Below are positions 32,347 to 42,015 of a stretch of 64,000 nt of DNA, piece by piece. Position numbers and translations under genes: made by a program. Location of the stretch: contig CAKKNE010000003.1 of NCBI GenBank assembly GCA_918797485.1, forward strand, positions 248,001 through 312,000, written 5' to 3'. How positions within the stretch are numbered: the first letter of the stretch is position 1; each line of letters starts with the position of its first letter. Source of the stretch: Pelagomonas calceolata. Taxonomy: Eukaryota. The notes beneath the pieces were generated by a model, which was given only the letters and a program-made list of their open reading frames with translations, was not told the origin of the DNA and made no database searches.

Positions 32347-33537
32347 ATGCGATGCTCTCTGGCTCTCCTCGCGAGCACGGCCGCCTGGCAGCTCCCGCGT
32401 CGACGCGTTCCTGTTCTCGGTCGTCCAGCGCTTTACAAATCCACGCACCCAGCCCTGTCGACGCAACCCAGCTGGCTCGTGCCAGCCAAGCCTGCCAGGG
32501 CGGCGCCGCTCCGCGCCGTTTCCATCGATGAGGAACAACAAACAATGGCGCGAGTGGCCCCCTTGCTCGGCTTTCTGGGTTTGTGGTACGCCTTCAACGC
32601 CGCCTTCAACGTGCAGAACAAAGTGATACTAAACAAGTTCCCGTACCCCTGGGCGGCGTCGTGGTTTCAATTGGCGAGCGGCATTCTGTTCTTCGTGCCG
32701 GCCTGGCTCACGAAACTAAGGAGCCCGCCGAACGTCGACACAAAATTAATATTACGCTTTTTACCGATCGCCGCCTTACACTGCGGCGGCCACGGCTTGC
32801 AGGTGTCGAGCATGGGTGCTGGAAGTGTTTTCTTCACGCACGTCATCAAGGCCACGGAGCCGGTCGTGGGCATGCTCGTATTGCTAGCGTTTACAGGGAA
32901 AATAGCCCCCTGGTGGGTCAACGCCTGCCTCGCGCCGATCGTGGGAGGCGTGGTGTATGCGGGTATCAAGCCCGGCACGGCCTTCGGCATGGGCGACTTG
33001 CTGGGGTATGCCTCCGTCGCCGCTTTAGCGTCGACGGTGGCCTTCTCCATTGCGAAATTACTAGCCAAGTCTCTGATGACGAAAGAAACGAAAAAGAAGC
33101 ACAACCTGACCCCGGCCAACAACTACGCCGTCCTCACCGTCTGCTCTACCCTCGTATTGTTGTTGCCTTCGGCTCTGGGCGAGGGACCCGCGGCTTTAGC
33201 CGCTATTAAGGCGATGCCGAACCCGGCCGCGTTCATGCGCCAGCTCGTGGGCTGCGGCTTTTTGTACTACGGCTACAACGAGATGGGCTTTCGGGTGCTT
33301 GACTTATTATCGCCGGTGTCGGCGGCCGTCGCCAACTCTCTCAAGAGAGTTGCTGTCTTGCTAGCGGCGGTGATCTTCCTGGGGGAGAAGGTGTCGTCCA
33401 GAAAAATCATTGGATCTTCGGTTGCCATGGCGGGCGTCTTGCTGTACTCGCTAGCGAAGACCAAGGCGGCGAAGCTGCCGCCGAAGCCCGTGAAGATCGT
33501 CGTCGACGCCGAGGAGCCCGGCACGTGGCAGCCATAG
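32347..33537 (+). CDS. Plastid triose-phosphate/phosphate translocator family transporter
   Basis: Bipartite presequence MRCSLALLASTAAWQ. LWYAFNAAFNVQNK, SVFFTHVIKATEP, YNEMGF...LSPVSAAVANSLKRV. Confidence 0.92.
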   Translation: MRCSLALLASTAAWQLPRRRVPVLGRPALYKSTHPALSTQPSWLVPAKPARAAPLRAVSIDEEQQTMARVAPLLGFLGLWYAFNAAFNVQNKVILNKFPYPWAASWFQLASGILFFVPAWLTKLRSPPNVDTKLILRFLPIAALHCGGHGLQVSSMGAGSVFFTHVIKATEPVVGMLVLLAFTGKIAPWWVNACLAPIVGGVVYAGIKPGTAFGMGDLLGYASVAALASTVAFSIAKLLAKSLMTKETKKKHNLTPANNYAVLTVCSTLVLLLPSALGEGPAALAAIKAMPNPAAFMRQLVGCGFLYYGYNEMGFRVLDLLSPVSAAVANSLKRVAVLLAAVIFLGEKVSSRKIIGSSVAMAGVLLYSLAKTKAAKLPPKPVKIVVDAEEPGTWQP

Positions 33538-33562
33538 GTTATGCACAACCTAACTTATACAT

Positions 33563-34222
33563 CTAGAACATCGTCTTCGGGCGCTTTTGCTGCCAGGCGA
33601 GGACCTCGGGGAGCTTCCCGAAGGCCTCGACCGCCGCGGAGATCTTGGGGCACCCCGCGATGGCCTTGGTCGAGCTCTCGACGTCGTCGAAGAACTCCTT
33701 GACGAAGACGAAGGCGGCCGCGTCGGCGAGCGTGCACTTGCTGCCGCAGAGCCAGGGTCCCACGCACGTCTTCTCCACTTTCGCCATGAACTCCGGCATC
33801 TCCGTCGCGAAGTAGGCGGCCTTCGTTTCCGGGTTGGTCTTGGCCTTCATATACTTATCTTTGCAATCACGTAAGTGCTCGCAGATGCAGTCGATCTGGG
33901 CCTCTTCCACGGGCGTCGCACCCATCATGCCGACGCGCTTCGCCACGAAGCGCTCGATGGTTTTGGACTGGCCGAACACCTGGCCGTCAACTTCCAGCAG
34001 CGGCAGGCGGCCGAGGTTCGCGTCGAGTTTCCCGGCGGCTTTGGCGGCGTCGAACTCCGGCCGCTGCACGGTGCTGAAATCTCCGGGGGTGCCGAAGGTA
34101 AAACCGTAGCGGAAGTCCTCGTACGGCGTCTTAGTGACGGCCAGCATGTAGCGCGTCGTCTCCGCGACGCCGCGCGCGTCGAAATAGGAGAGCTTCATGC
34201 GAGAATTTTCCATGGCGGCCAT
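33563..34222 (-). CDS. Glutathione S-transferase (sigma-like)
   Basis: KLSYFDARGVAETTR, GRLPLLEVDG...QSKTIERF, TLADAA. Confidence 0.92.
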   Translation of the reverse strand: MAAMENSRMKLSYFDARGVAETTRYMLAVTKTPYEDFRYGFTFGTPGDFSTVQRPEFDAAKAAGKLDANLGRLPLLEVDGQVFGQSKTIERFVAKRVGMMGATPVEEAQIDCICEHLRDCKDKYMKAKTNPETKAAYFATEMPEFMAKVEKTCVGPWLCGSKCTLADAAAFVFVKEFFDDVESSTKAIAGCPKISAAVEAFGKLPEVLAWQQKRPKTMF

Positions 34223-34624
34223 TGCCTGCGTCGTCTTAAATCACGAGTGCTGCCACCTGGCCTCTCTGAGTGCTCCGCTGCAACGGGCGCACGGCTGCAA
34301 TCGTTCTGCTTACTGGCGAGAATGGATTATGAGACGCTGGGAAACGTGCAAAAGCACTCGAAATAAGCACTGATGTGAGACTGCGGCGCATTGGCATCCA
34401 GCCTCTCGAGAGGCCCGCGCCGCCGAGGAGCGCGAAAAGCCACGAGGCGCGCCACCAGGTGTCAGAGAGGTATATGAAGAGTACTCCCTGGTCCTGCGTT
34501 TCTTGTTCGTTGCCGCTCACAGGCAGGGAGAGCGGCCTCTGCCTGCTGCAGCGCCTCCCAATTGATTGTGCAGCAGCTGCCGAACACGGACAGCGTGGGA
34601 GCCAAGCACGACAAACGCGGGAAA

Positions 34625-35488
34625 ATGGCCGAAGCGACGGCCCGGGCAGCCTCCATCAAACGCTACGGCGAGGCCCTGGGCGACCCGGCCCTTGCTGAGC
34701 AATGGGTGCAGACATCACCCGCAGGCGTGGACGACGTCGATGCGTGGATCGAGGCCGGCCGCCGCAGCGCGCCGGCCGTCGAGGCCGTCGCCGCGGCGCC
34801 GCCACGGCCTGCTCTCGACAAGGCGCCGCTGCCATCCGTGCTCGACAAGGCGGACGAGGAGCGGCTGGCAAAGGCTTACGCGGACAAACTCCTGGGCTGC
34901 GACGCGCACGACGCGCCGGCGTGGGTCCGCGCCGCCGCGGCCGCCGACGACGCGGGGGCCGCCGCCGCGTGCTGCGCGAGCGCCCTCCCCGCATCGGAGG
35001 GCAGCCTCGGAAAGGAGGACGTCGAGCGGCTATCCAAGGCTTACGCGGCCAAAATCCTGGGCTGCGACGCGCACGACGCGCCGGCGTGGGTCCGCGCGGC
35101 CGCGGCCGCCGACGACGCGGGGGCCGCCGCAGCGTGCTGCGCAAATGCCCTCCCCCCGAGCAGCCTCGACAAGGCGGACGTCGAGCGGCTATCCAAGGCC
35201 TACGCGAACAAAATCGCGTGTGAGGATCCCTACCCGTACGCTGCGCGGGGCGTCGAGCAGGATCGGGTCCCGTACGCGTACGCCGCCGACGACGACACCG
35301 AGGCCCGGCAACAGTGCAAGATACTGCTCTTGGACGCGTTCGACGACGACGCCGCGAAAGAGCGCCTGCGGGAGAAGGGGTTCGCGCTGGCGGACGACGA
35401 CGAGGTCGAGGCTCTGGAGCGGGAGCGCTGCCTGCGAGCGTTCAGCGAACATCGGTCGCCGGCAGCTGTCCCCGTGGAGGGTACGTAG
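34625..35488 (+). CDS. Hypothetical protein with internal ~54-aa repeat
   Basis: LDKADxERLxKAYAxKxLGCDAHDAPAWVRAAAAADDAGAAAACCAxALP occurs twice, plus a partial third copy. Confidence 0.65.
   Translation: MAEATARAASIKRYGEALGDPALAEQWVQTSPAGVDDVDAWIEAGRRSAPAVEAVAAAPPRPALDKAPLPSVLDKADEERLAKAYADKLLGCDAHDAPAWVRAAAAADDAGAAAACCASALPASEGSLGKEDVERLSKAYAAKILGCDAHDAPAWVRAAAAADDAGAAAACCANALPPSSLDKADVERLSKAYANKIACEDPYPYAARGVEQDRVPYAYAADDDTEARQQCKILLLDAFDDDAAKERLREKGFALADDDEVEALERERCLRAFSEHRSPAAVPVEGT
34841..35220 (+). repeat. Intragenic tandem repeat, ~160-165 bp unit, about 2.3 copies
   Basis: Near-identical CTGGGCTGCGACGCGCACGACGCGCCGGCGTGGGTCCGCGC blocks at ~34892 and ~35057. Confidence 0.9.
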
Positions 35489-35519
35489 TGTAAACATATA
35501 CTGTTAAATGAACAACATC

Positions 35520-36503
35520 TCACGCGATACAGTCCGGCCACGGCGGCAGGAACGGGTCCGCCGTCGCGTCCGCGGGCGCGGCCTTCGTCTCGCGGAACGA
35601 AAACTCCGCGACGACCGGCGTGTGGTCCGAATCGACGAAGTCCGGGTCCCACGCGTCGGCGACGCGGCGCGCCGCGACGAGGCGCGCGCCCGCCGCGTCG
35701 AAGCAGCCCGAGGACCTCTGGCCGCCTTCAGTACGATCCGTCGCAAATATATGATCGCACGACAGCGCGTCGCCCGTGTGCGCCCGGTGCGTCGTCCCGA
35801 GGAACGTCGTGCCGCCCGTTCCACTATCTAAAGCTTGCGTCGCCGCCGCGGCCGCGCAATTCGTCCAGCCGCGGGCCTCGAGGCCCCGGCACGCGGGCGC
35901 CGCCGCGTTCTCGTTGAAATCCCCGCACAGCACGGTCAACGACGCGTCGTCGCGGCGAGCTTGTCGCTCAGCAGCCGCGGCACAGGCCGACGCCTGCGCC
36001 TGGCGGGCGGCGGCATCGGCAAAGGGCAGGTGGCACGTCGCGACGACGACCGGCCGATCACCGCGTCGTTGCAGCGTCGCGACGAGGCCTGACCTCCCAT
36101 CGTCGAATACAGGCGCCGCCACGGCTTCCGACGCAACTAATGGGAGACGCGAGAAGATCGCGAGGCCGTCGCGGCGTTCGGATCCGTCGTGCGGGTGGAT
36201 GCCTCGACGCCGCGCGGTGCAGAGACGATGGGCCGGAAGCGCCTCCTCGAAGAGTTTCTGCCAGCGCGGCTCGAAGAACCATTCCTGAAAACATATTACG
36301 TCGGCGGCGCCCAACGCCTCGGCGACGAAGCTCGCCTGGCGTCGGCCGCGCGCGAGCCACAGCGCGTCGTCGTCTGCTTCTCGGTTGTTGCCGACGCTCT
36401 TGTGGACCGGGTTTAACACGTTATAGGTGGCGATTTGTAGGGTTGTTGGCTTCGCCGCGCTGGCGCACGCGATGAGCCATGCGTGCGCGAATCGCCGGCG
36501 CAT
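35520..36503 (-). CDS. Endonuclease/exonuclease/phosphatase (EEP) family protein with signal-like N-terminus
   Basis: IATYNVL, ADVICFQE, GLAIFSR, LCGDFN, DHIF, SDHTPVVAEF. Confidence 0.88.
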   Translation of the reverse strand: MRRRFAHAWLIACASAAKPTTLQIATYNVLNPVHKSVGNNREADDDALWLARGRRQASFVAEALGAADVICFQEWFFEPRWQKLFEEALPAHRLCTARRRGIHPHDGSERRDGLAIFSRLPLVASEAVAAPVFDDGRSGLVATLQRRGDRPVVVATCHLPFADAAARQAQASACAAAAERQARRDDASLTVLCGDFNENAAAPACRGLEARGWTNCAAAAATQALDSGTGGTTFLGTTHRAHTGDALSCDHIFATDRTEGGQRSSGCFDAAGARLVAARRVADAWDPDFVDSDHTPVVAEFSFRETKAAPADATADPFLPPWPDCIA

Positions 36504-37344
36504 CGTCGAATTCGACGCTGTCGAGCCGATGCAGCAGTCTAAGGTGCTTTACCAGCTTTGAATTTTGATGGGTGGGACGCGACGCTCGCCGCTGCAAGCA
36601 ATGGCATTTTACGTAAATCGATGAATATACTGTTGAAAACACGTGCGTGCGTGCGCTGCAGCCAGCGTTTAATCGAAGCAAAGGCAGCAAAACCAAAGCT
36701 GCCTAGCGTGTCGACACATACTAGCCCTATTGTGGATGCGGACATGCAGCCGTTTGAGCACCGTTCAGTTCGCTACTGGTCCAAAGAGATCAATGGGACA
36801 CGTACTGGGGGCCAAAAATGGTATTGTTTTAATTGGCGGCGACGATGGCGCCATGGTCCATGCCGGCCACGCCGGTTTAATCCTGTCAATCCCTGCCAAA
36901 GAGGTCTCCCTGGGGTCGCCTAGGGTCGGTACTATACACGTGCAAACGCCTACGCCGCAAGCGCCGCCGCTTCAAGCATTTTTGGCCGATTTCTCTCAGC
37001 AGACCACTGCGTTTAGCCATCTTTAGGGCAGGTCTTGCTTCCAGGGCTCTCGGAGAGTACTAGGCTGCCGCATCGATGGCGTATGCGGTACAGACGACTA
37101 CCCACCACCAGACCTACCGCAAGAGGCCTCCAGGAGCCGATCTACCCCCGAAAAAAGTGTGCAATTTGGGCCCGATGGCGCCCCGTTCCCGTCAAAAACG
37201 TCAATTACCCGAGGGCCCCCAGTGGTCGCCGTAGCGGTCTCGTTGGACCCCATACTATCCCACCGATAGTCAACTACAATTATATGGCATCTACATTATA
37301 AGAAGGGTACTTTTGGCTGCCCATGCTCGGGACGTGAACATCTG

Positions 37345-37870
37345 CATCTGGACCGCGCGCAAGTCGGTCGGTCATGAAACAAATGATCGTGACATGGTCC
37401 ATGGTGATGGTACACGGGCTGATGGCCGCAGATCCAAGTAATTCGCCAAAATTATTGAGATCATGGGCTCGCGAGTTGGCCGAGCCGCGCGGAGCATCGT
37501 GGGGTCTCGAGCAATTTGGTACACGTTCAGGCCGGTTATATGGCCCGTCCTAGAACCGAAGCGCCTAAAATGCAAATTTATTCTATAAACCACCGGTCTG
37601 GGGCCTTTCCGGTGCCCCGTCTACGCACCGTCGTCCGCGGAGAACGGGCAAGTCGATCGATTGTGAATAGAACAACGGCGTTATGGTCCACCTGGATGGT
37701 GGCGTCGCTGATACCCGCGGGTTCAGGTTATTTGTCCGTTTAGTATAAACGCGGGGTCCGCGGAGTTGCCTAATCGCGAGTAGCTTCCGGGTCCCTTAAT
37801 CTACCTAGTATTTGCTGAGGCGGCCTAGATGGACTCTACCACTAGGAAACGGAAGGAAACGAACATAAAC
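37345..37870. repeat. Degenerate direct duplication, ~285-bp period, in a gene-free lower-GC island
   Basis: GCAAGTCGGTCG...ATGGTCCA...GATGGT...GCTGAT at 37359 aligns with GCAAGTCGATCG...ATGGTCCA...GATGGT...GCTGAT at 37648. Confidence 0.65.
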
Positions 37871-38353
37871 TCGGGAGTTGTCTAGTAGAATTCTTTTCCC
37901 GTCCTCCGAGCGCGGGCCGTCGGCTCCGGTTCCGTCGAACTTGCATGAAAACTGGGCTGGAGTTGATATAATGTCTTAATTGGATAGTAGAAGGCGCCAC
38001 CAAACGCTGGTGTATTTTGACAACCCGTAAGTATCATCCGCAAATGTCGCGGGCGGTGCCTTCCGGGAGGCGCGAGGGTATGTTCCCGGACCGCTACTCT
38101 CAAATATTTGGGCGCGGCGAACGACTAGGATGTATTCTGAATTTTGGTTATTCTTTTGACGCTATCGACGCGTATCTTTGATAAGTGCTAGTAGGTATGT
38201 CGCTAGCTCTCGGTGCTTGCGCTTTTTTGCACGCCAGCGTGCGCTGGGGCCGTCGAAGGAGCAGTGTAGCGCCAGCATCCGTGTTAGGAATTCAGCGCGG
38301 TTCGTCGTGCCATCGATCACTTGTGGACTCCAGCTGCAACAGCACCGAGCAAC

Positions 38354-39529
38354 ATGGGCACCGCTGGCAGCGAGCGACGTAAACGCTGGCGGCACAAGGC
38401 CTGCCGCAGATTGCAAGCGCGAACAGCGCTGCGAAACGTCGCCGAGACGTTGAAGCAAGCGCGGCGCGACCCGTCCGACGAATCGCTGGAACGGCTGCGC
38501 GGTGCACTGCTGATGATCGAGCGTGCTGCCGCAGCGTCGCCTACGCTTGACGCCGCAGCGCAGAACTGTGCCAGGGCCTACGCCTTGGCGTTGTTCCAGC
38601 GCGGGCGCGCGCAAGAAGGCACGGTGATTCTGCGGCACCGCTTCCCGGACGCGCGCTACCGCCTCGCCGACGACGTGCTGCGGTACGGCACTGCGAAACC
38701 GGGCGCGACCAGGTTCGAGAAGGGCTCCGTCGGCGCGTTCGATGATGCACTGCCGGAGGCCCTCTTCCGCGCCGTGGCGCGCGCGCTCGCCCCAAAGGGT
38801 GCGTTCTGGCCCGCTCACGACTACGACGACGAGACGAGCGGCTTCTTCTCGTACGTGCACTCGCTGGACGAGGAGGGCGTCGTCGTCGAGGCGGCGCGGC
38901 GCTTTCGTGAACTCTTCGCCCGGGCCGTGCCGGCCATCGCGGAAGCGACGGGCATAGAATGGTGGACGCACCGCCGGCCGCACGGCGCCGGGCATCAGCT
39001 CCACTTCGACTCGGCGGACGAGGGCGCCGGAGCGGATGGGCCCGAGCATCCTCTATGTTCTGTCGTACTTTATCTGTCGGAGGCTCGCCTCGGCGGACCG
39101 ACACTCGTGACCACGCAATGTTCTGGTGATATAGAAATGCGCTGTCGAGATGCCGCCGCTTTGGTACCTGTGGCACCGAACCGCGCCGTCTGCTTCCGCG
39201 GCGATTTGTTGCATTGCGTGGTGCCGGGCCGTGGACCGGCGCCGGGCGGCGAGACGGCGCGGCGCGTCACGCTCATGATCTCGTTCTGGCGCCGGCCGCA
39301 CGCGCGACACGATCGAGAGGGTGCGCCCCGCGCGGCGATGCGCTTCCCGACCGACGACGAAGCGTGGACGGCGCCGTTCCGAGCCCGCGTCGACGGCGCC
39401 GACGACGCGAAGCCGACGCGCTCGGCGCCCGTGCCGGTGGCGCAGCTCTGGACCGCGGTCGACGCGGCGGCGGACGACGGCGAGACCGTTCCGCTGCCGC
39501 CGTACGAGGCTTGTTGGCAGGGATTTTAA
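38354..39529 (+). CDS. 2OG-Fe(II) oxygenase-like protein
   Basis: GIEWWTH, QLHFDS (HxD), SVVLYLS...GGPT, GDLLHCV, RVTLMISFW. Confidence 0.75.
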   Translation: MGTAGSERRKRWRHKACRRLQARTALRNVAETLKQARRDPSDESLERLRGALLMIERAAAASPTLDAAAQNCARAYALALFQRGRAQEGTVILRHRFPDARYRLADDVLRYGTAKPGATRFEKGSVGAFDDALPEALFRAVARALAPKGAFWPAHDYDDETSGFFSYVHSLDEEGVVVEAARRFRELFARAVPAIAEATGIEWWTHRRPHGAGHQLHFDSADEGAGADGPEHPLCSVVLYLSEARLGGPTLVTTQCSGDIEMRCRDAAALVPVAPNRAVCFRGDLLHCVVPGRGPAPGGETARRVTLMISFWRRPHARHDREGAPRAAMRFPTDDEAWTAPFRARVDGADDAKPTRSAPVPVAQLWTAVDAAADDGETVPLPPYEACWQGF

Positions 39530-39565
39530 TTTGATATCTTGTTGTTAACACAAAACTTGACATGG

Positions 39566-40468
39566 TTAAAACTTGACGACCTGCTCGGCCGTATACCCCA
39601 TCTCGGCGAGGATTCCCTTGAGCTCCTGCGGCTCGTTGCGTGGCCCGCAGAGCGACTCGTACATGCCCGGCGGCCCGCACACGAAGATCACGACGTCGTC
39701 GGTGGGCGCCGGTAGGTGGGCCTCAATCAGCTCGCGGGTGATGAGGCCTCGCGCGCCGGGCCACGGCGAGTCGTCGGGCTCCTCGGAAAGCACATGTTTG
39801 CACGTAAAACGACCCTCGGAACTCGCGGCCCAGGCCTCCAACGTTTCCTGCGCCAAGATATCCTCCTTCACCTTGCTTGCGTACAGCATCGAGACGGCCG
39901 TCGTGTCGTCGACAGTGCCCAGTATCGCGTGGAGCGCCTGAATCATCGGCGCGATTCCTGTCCCACCAATGAGCATTCCAACCTTGGGAGCGAACGGGTA
40001 CTGCACCTTGACGTTGAACGGGATGTGTTTGAACTCGACACTGGAGCCAATTTGGAGTCCGTCGAGGTACTGCGACATCGCGCCTTGGGCGTAGATCTTT
40101 ACCAAGAGCTCGAACCGCCCAATCATGGCGTTCGTCGAGATTGGCGTGTACGGTCTCACCACAGCCGCCCCGTCGCGGTCGAATTTCGCGAGAATACAGG
40201 CGCACGTACTGAGCCCCAGCGGCTTGCTCGTGTCCGGAAGCTCAAAGGTTAGGATGGCGGTCGTCTCCTTGCAGCGCTCCTTCGCGACCAGTGTGGCGGC
40301 GGTCCATTCCTCTCCGAAAACGCATTGACCAGCAGGATATACTGCCGCGTGGGGCGGGCTCGATAGCGTCGTCGGCTCCGCGGGCGGTGCCGCGCTTGCG
40401 TCGGCTCCGTTCGCGACGGTAGTCACTTTCGCTCCGTTGGCTGTCAATTCCTTCATTGATGTGGCCAT
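39566..40468 (-). CDS. NADH-cytochrome b5 reductase-like flavoprotein
   Basis: RPYTPIS, LLVKIYAQGAMSQYL, MLIGGTGIAPMIQ, FVCGPPGM, GYTAEQVVKF. Confidence 0.93.
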   Translation of the reverse strand: MATSMKELTANGAKVTTVANGADASAAPPAEPTTLSSPPHAAVYPAGQCVFGEEWTAATLVAKERCKETTAILTFELPDTSKPLGLSTCACILAKFDRDGAAVVRPYTPISTNAMIGRFELLVKIYAQGAMSQYLDGLQIGSSVEFKHIPFNVKVQYPFAPKVGMLIGGTGIAPMIQALHAILGTVDDTTAVSMLYASKVKEDILAQETLEAWAASSEGRFTCKHVLSEEPDDSPWPGARGLITRELIEAHLPAPTDDVVIFVCGPPGMYESLCGPRNEPQELKGILAEMGYTAEQVVKF

Positions 40469-40775
40469 CACTGCTGCCCCACTGCTGCCCCACACACTCG
40501 CACCGCCCTAGACTCGCTGCCCACGCCCGAACGCGTGTCCTCCGGGCGTCTGTGACCACAATTCAACGCCGCTTTGAGTCTGGCCGCTGCGAATTTGAGC
40601 ATAATCTTAGCATAGACATACTAGTATAGCTCTAGATCCGCGTGCTCTCCCTGGCGTTGGACGCGCAGTGTTGGATACAAGCTCGCCAGAGTACATTTTA
40701 ACACAGCAGCGAGGCGTTGGGGCTGCCCCAGCGCGCGACAGCTGTGAAAAAGAGGAGTGGGCAGCCTCAGACACC

Positions 40776-42005
40776 ATGAGCTCGCGCGAGCGAAGCGCGT
40801 CCCTCGACTGCGATAACCTCGAGCACATGAAGCGGTTCTCGTCACAAGAGTTGGAAGCCTTGTCACTGCCGCCGCCGACAGCCGACGGCGGATTGCTCGA
40901 GGTCGACTTTCGCATGACGGTCTTCCACATTGGCGAGGTAAACACGCGAGAGCAGAACGCGAAGATAAAGATTGGCATGATATTCTACTGGACGGACCCG
41001 AGAATGGCTGGCTACACGTCTCCGATTCTGCCCGGCACGCTGTGGGGCCCCGAGCTCTTCTTCGGTAACTGCGTCGGTGGCGTGCACTGCAATTACGAGC
41101 AGTTCGTGGTCAGCGGTCCCGACGAGGGCCGCCTCAAGCGCATCATCAATTACGAATGCACCGTGCAGTGCAGCATGGATTTGCGGCGGTTCCCGTTCGA
41201 CTGGCAGGTCCTGTGCCCGACGCTCGTCACGATTTCGCATTGGCGTCAACTCAATCTCGCCCGCGGCGGCTCGATTCCTCATGGAATGACGTATAAATTG
41301 GTGCCGCTGCGGCGTAAGGACGAGGGCGTTTTCATGATGCTTTTCTTTTCTGGCAAGATATCCGAGTGGCTACTGCATAGCTATCGCCCGAAGATGATCG
41401 TGGCTAAGAATCCCGCCGGCTTCACAATCACCAAGGTAATGCTCAGTTTCAACATCGCGCGCAAGAGCGAGTTTTACTTAGCAAAAACAACCGCTCCCCT
41501 CGCGGTCCTGACGACGGCTGGTCATTTCGTTCATTTCCTACCGACAACGGAACTTGCCGATAGACTCAACGGCGCGTTCACCATGTTCCTTGCCGCGTTC
41601 GCGCTGCTCTATGTCGTGGGCGACCACGTCCCGCGCGTGGATTTTCTTACCACTATTGATAGAATGATCTTCATCACGCTGTTTTTGCTCCTCTGGCTGG
41701 GCATCGAGTCCGCGGCGGTTTATTACGGCGAGGAGCGATACGACCTTTCGTTGAAGGTCGTCCGCCAGATAGACACGGTCGCTGGACTTACGACCTTCAT
41801 CGGCTACCTGCTACTATTGGTCTTCATAATCATACCGGCGCGGTGGCGGCAAAAAGACGCCATGCGCGCGATCGAAGCCGAAATCGCGAATTCAGATGAA
41901 GGGGCTCTAGCAGGTGAGGTGCTCTCGCCCGTCGAGCCGCGGACGCCGTCCCGGAAGGTAGGCGCAACAAAAGTGATCAACGTCAAGAGTAAAAATGATA
42001 AGTAG
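40776..42005 (+). CDS. Pentameric ligand-gated ion channel (Cys/Pro-loop family) subunit
   Basis: WTDPR, LWGPEL, CSMDLRRFPFDWQ, then four TM helices with DRL at the M2 start and PRVDFLTTIDR before M3. Confidence 0.85.
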   Translation: MSSRERSASLDCDNLEHMKRFSSQELEALSLPPPTADGGLLEVDFRMTVFHIGEVNTREQNAKIKIGMIFYWTDPRMAGYTSPILPGTLWGPELFFGNCVGGVHCNYEQFVVSGPDEGRLKRIINYECTVQCSMDLRRFPFDWQVLCPTLVTISHWRQLNLARGGSIPHGMTYKLVPLRRKDEGVFMMLFFSGKISEWLLHSYRPKMIVAKNPAGFTITKVMLSFNIARKSEFYLAKTTAPLAVLTTAGHFVHFLPTTELADRLNGAFTMFLAAFALLYVVGDHVPRVDFLTTIDRMIFITLFLLLWLGIESAAVYYGEERYDLSLKVVRQIDTVAGLTTFIGYLLLLVFIIIPARWRQKDAMRAIEAEIANSDEGALAGEVLSPVEPRTPSRKVGATKVINVKSKNDK

Positions 42006-42015
42006 GACACATTAC

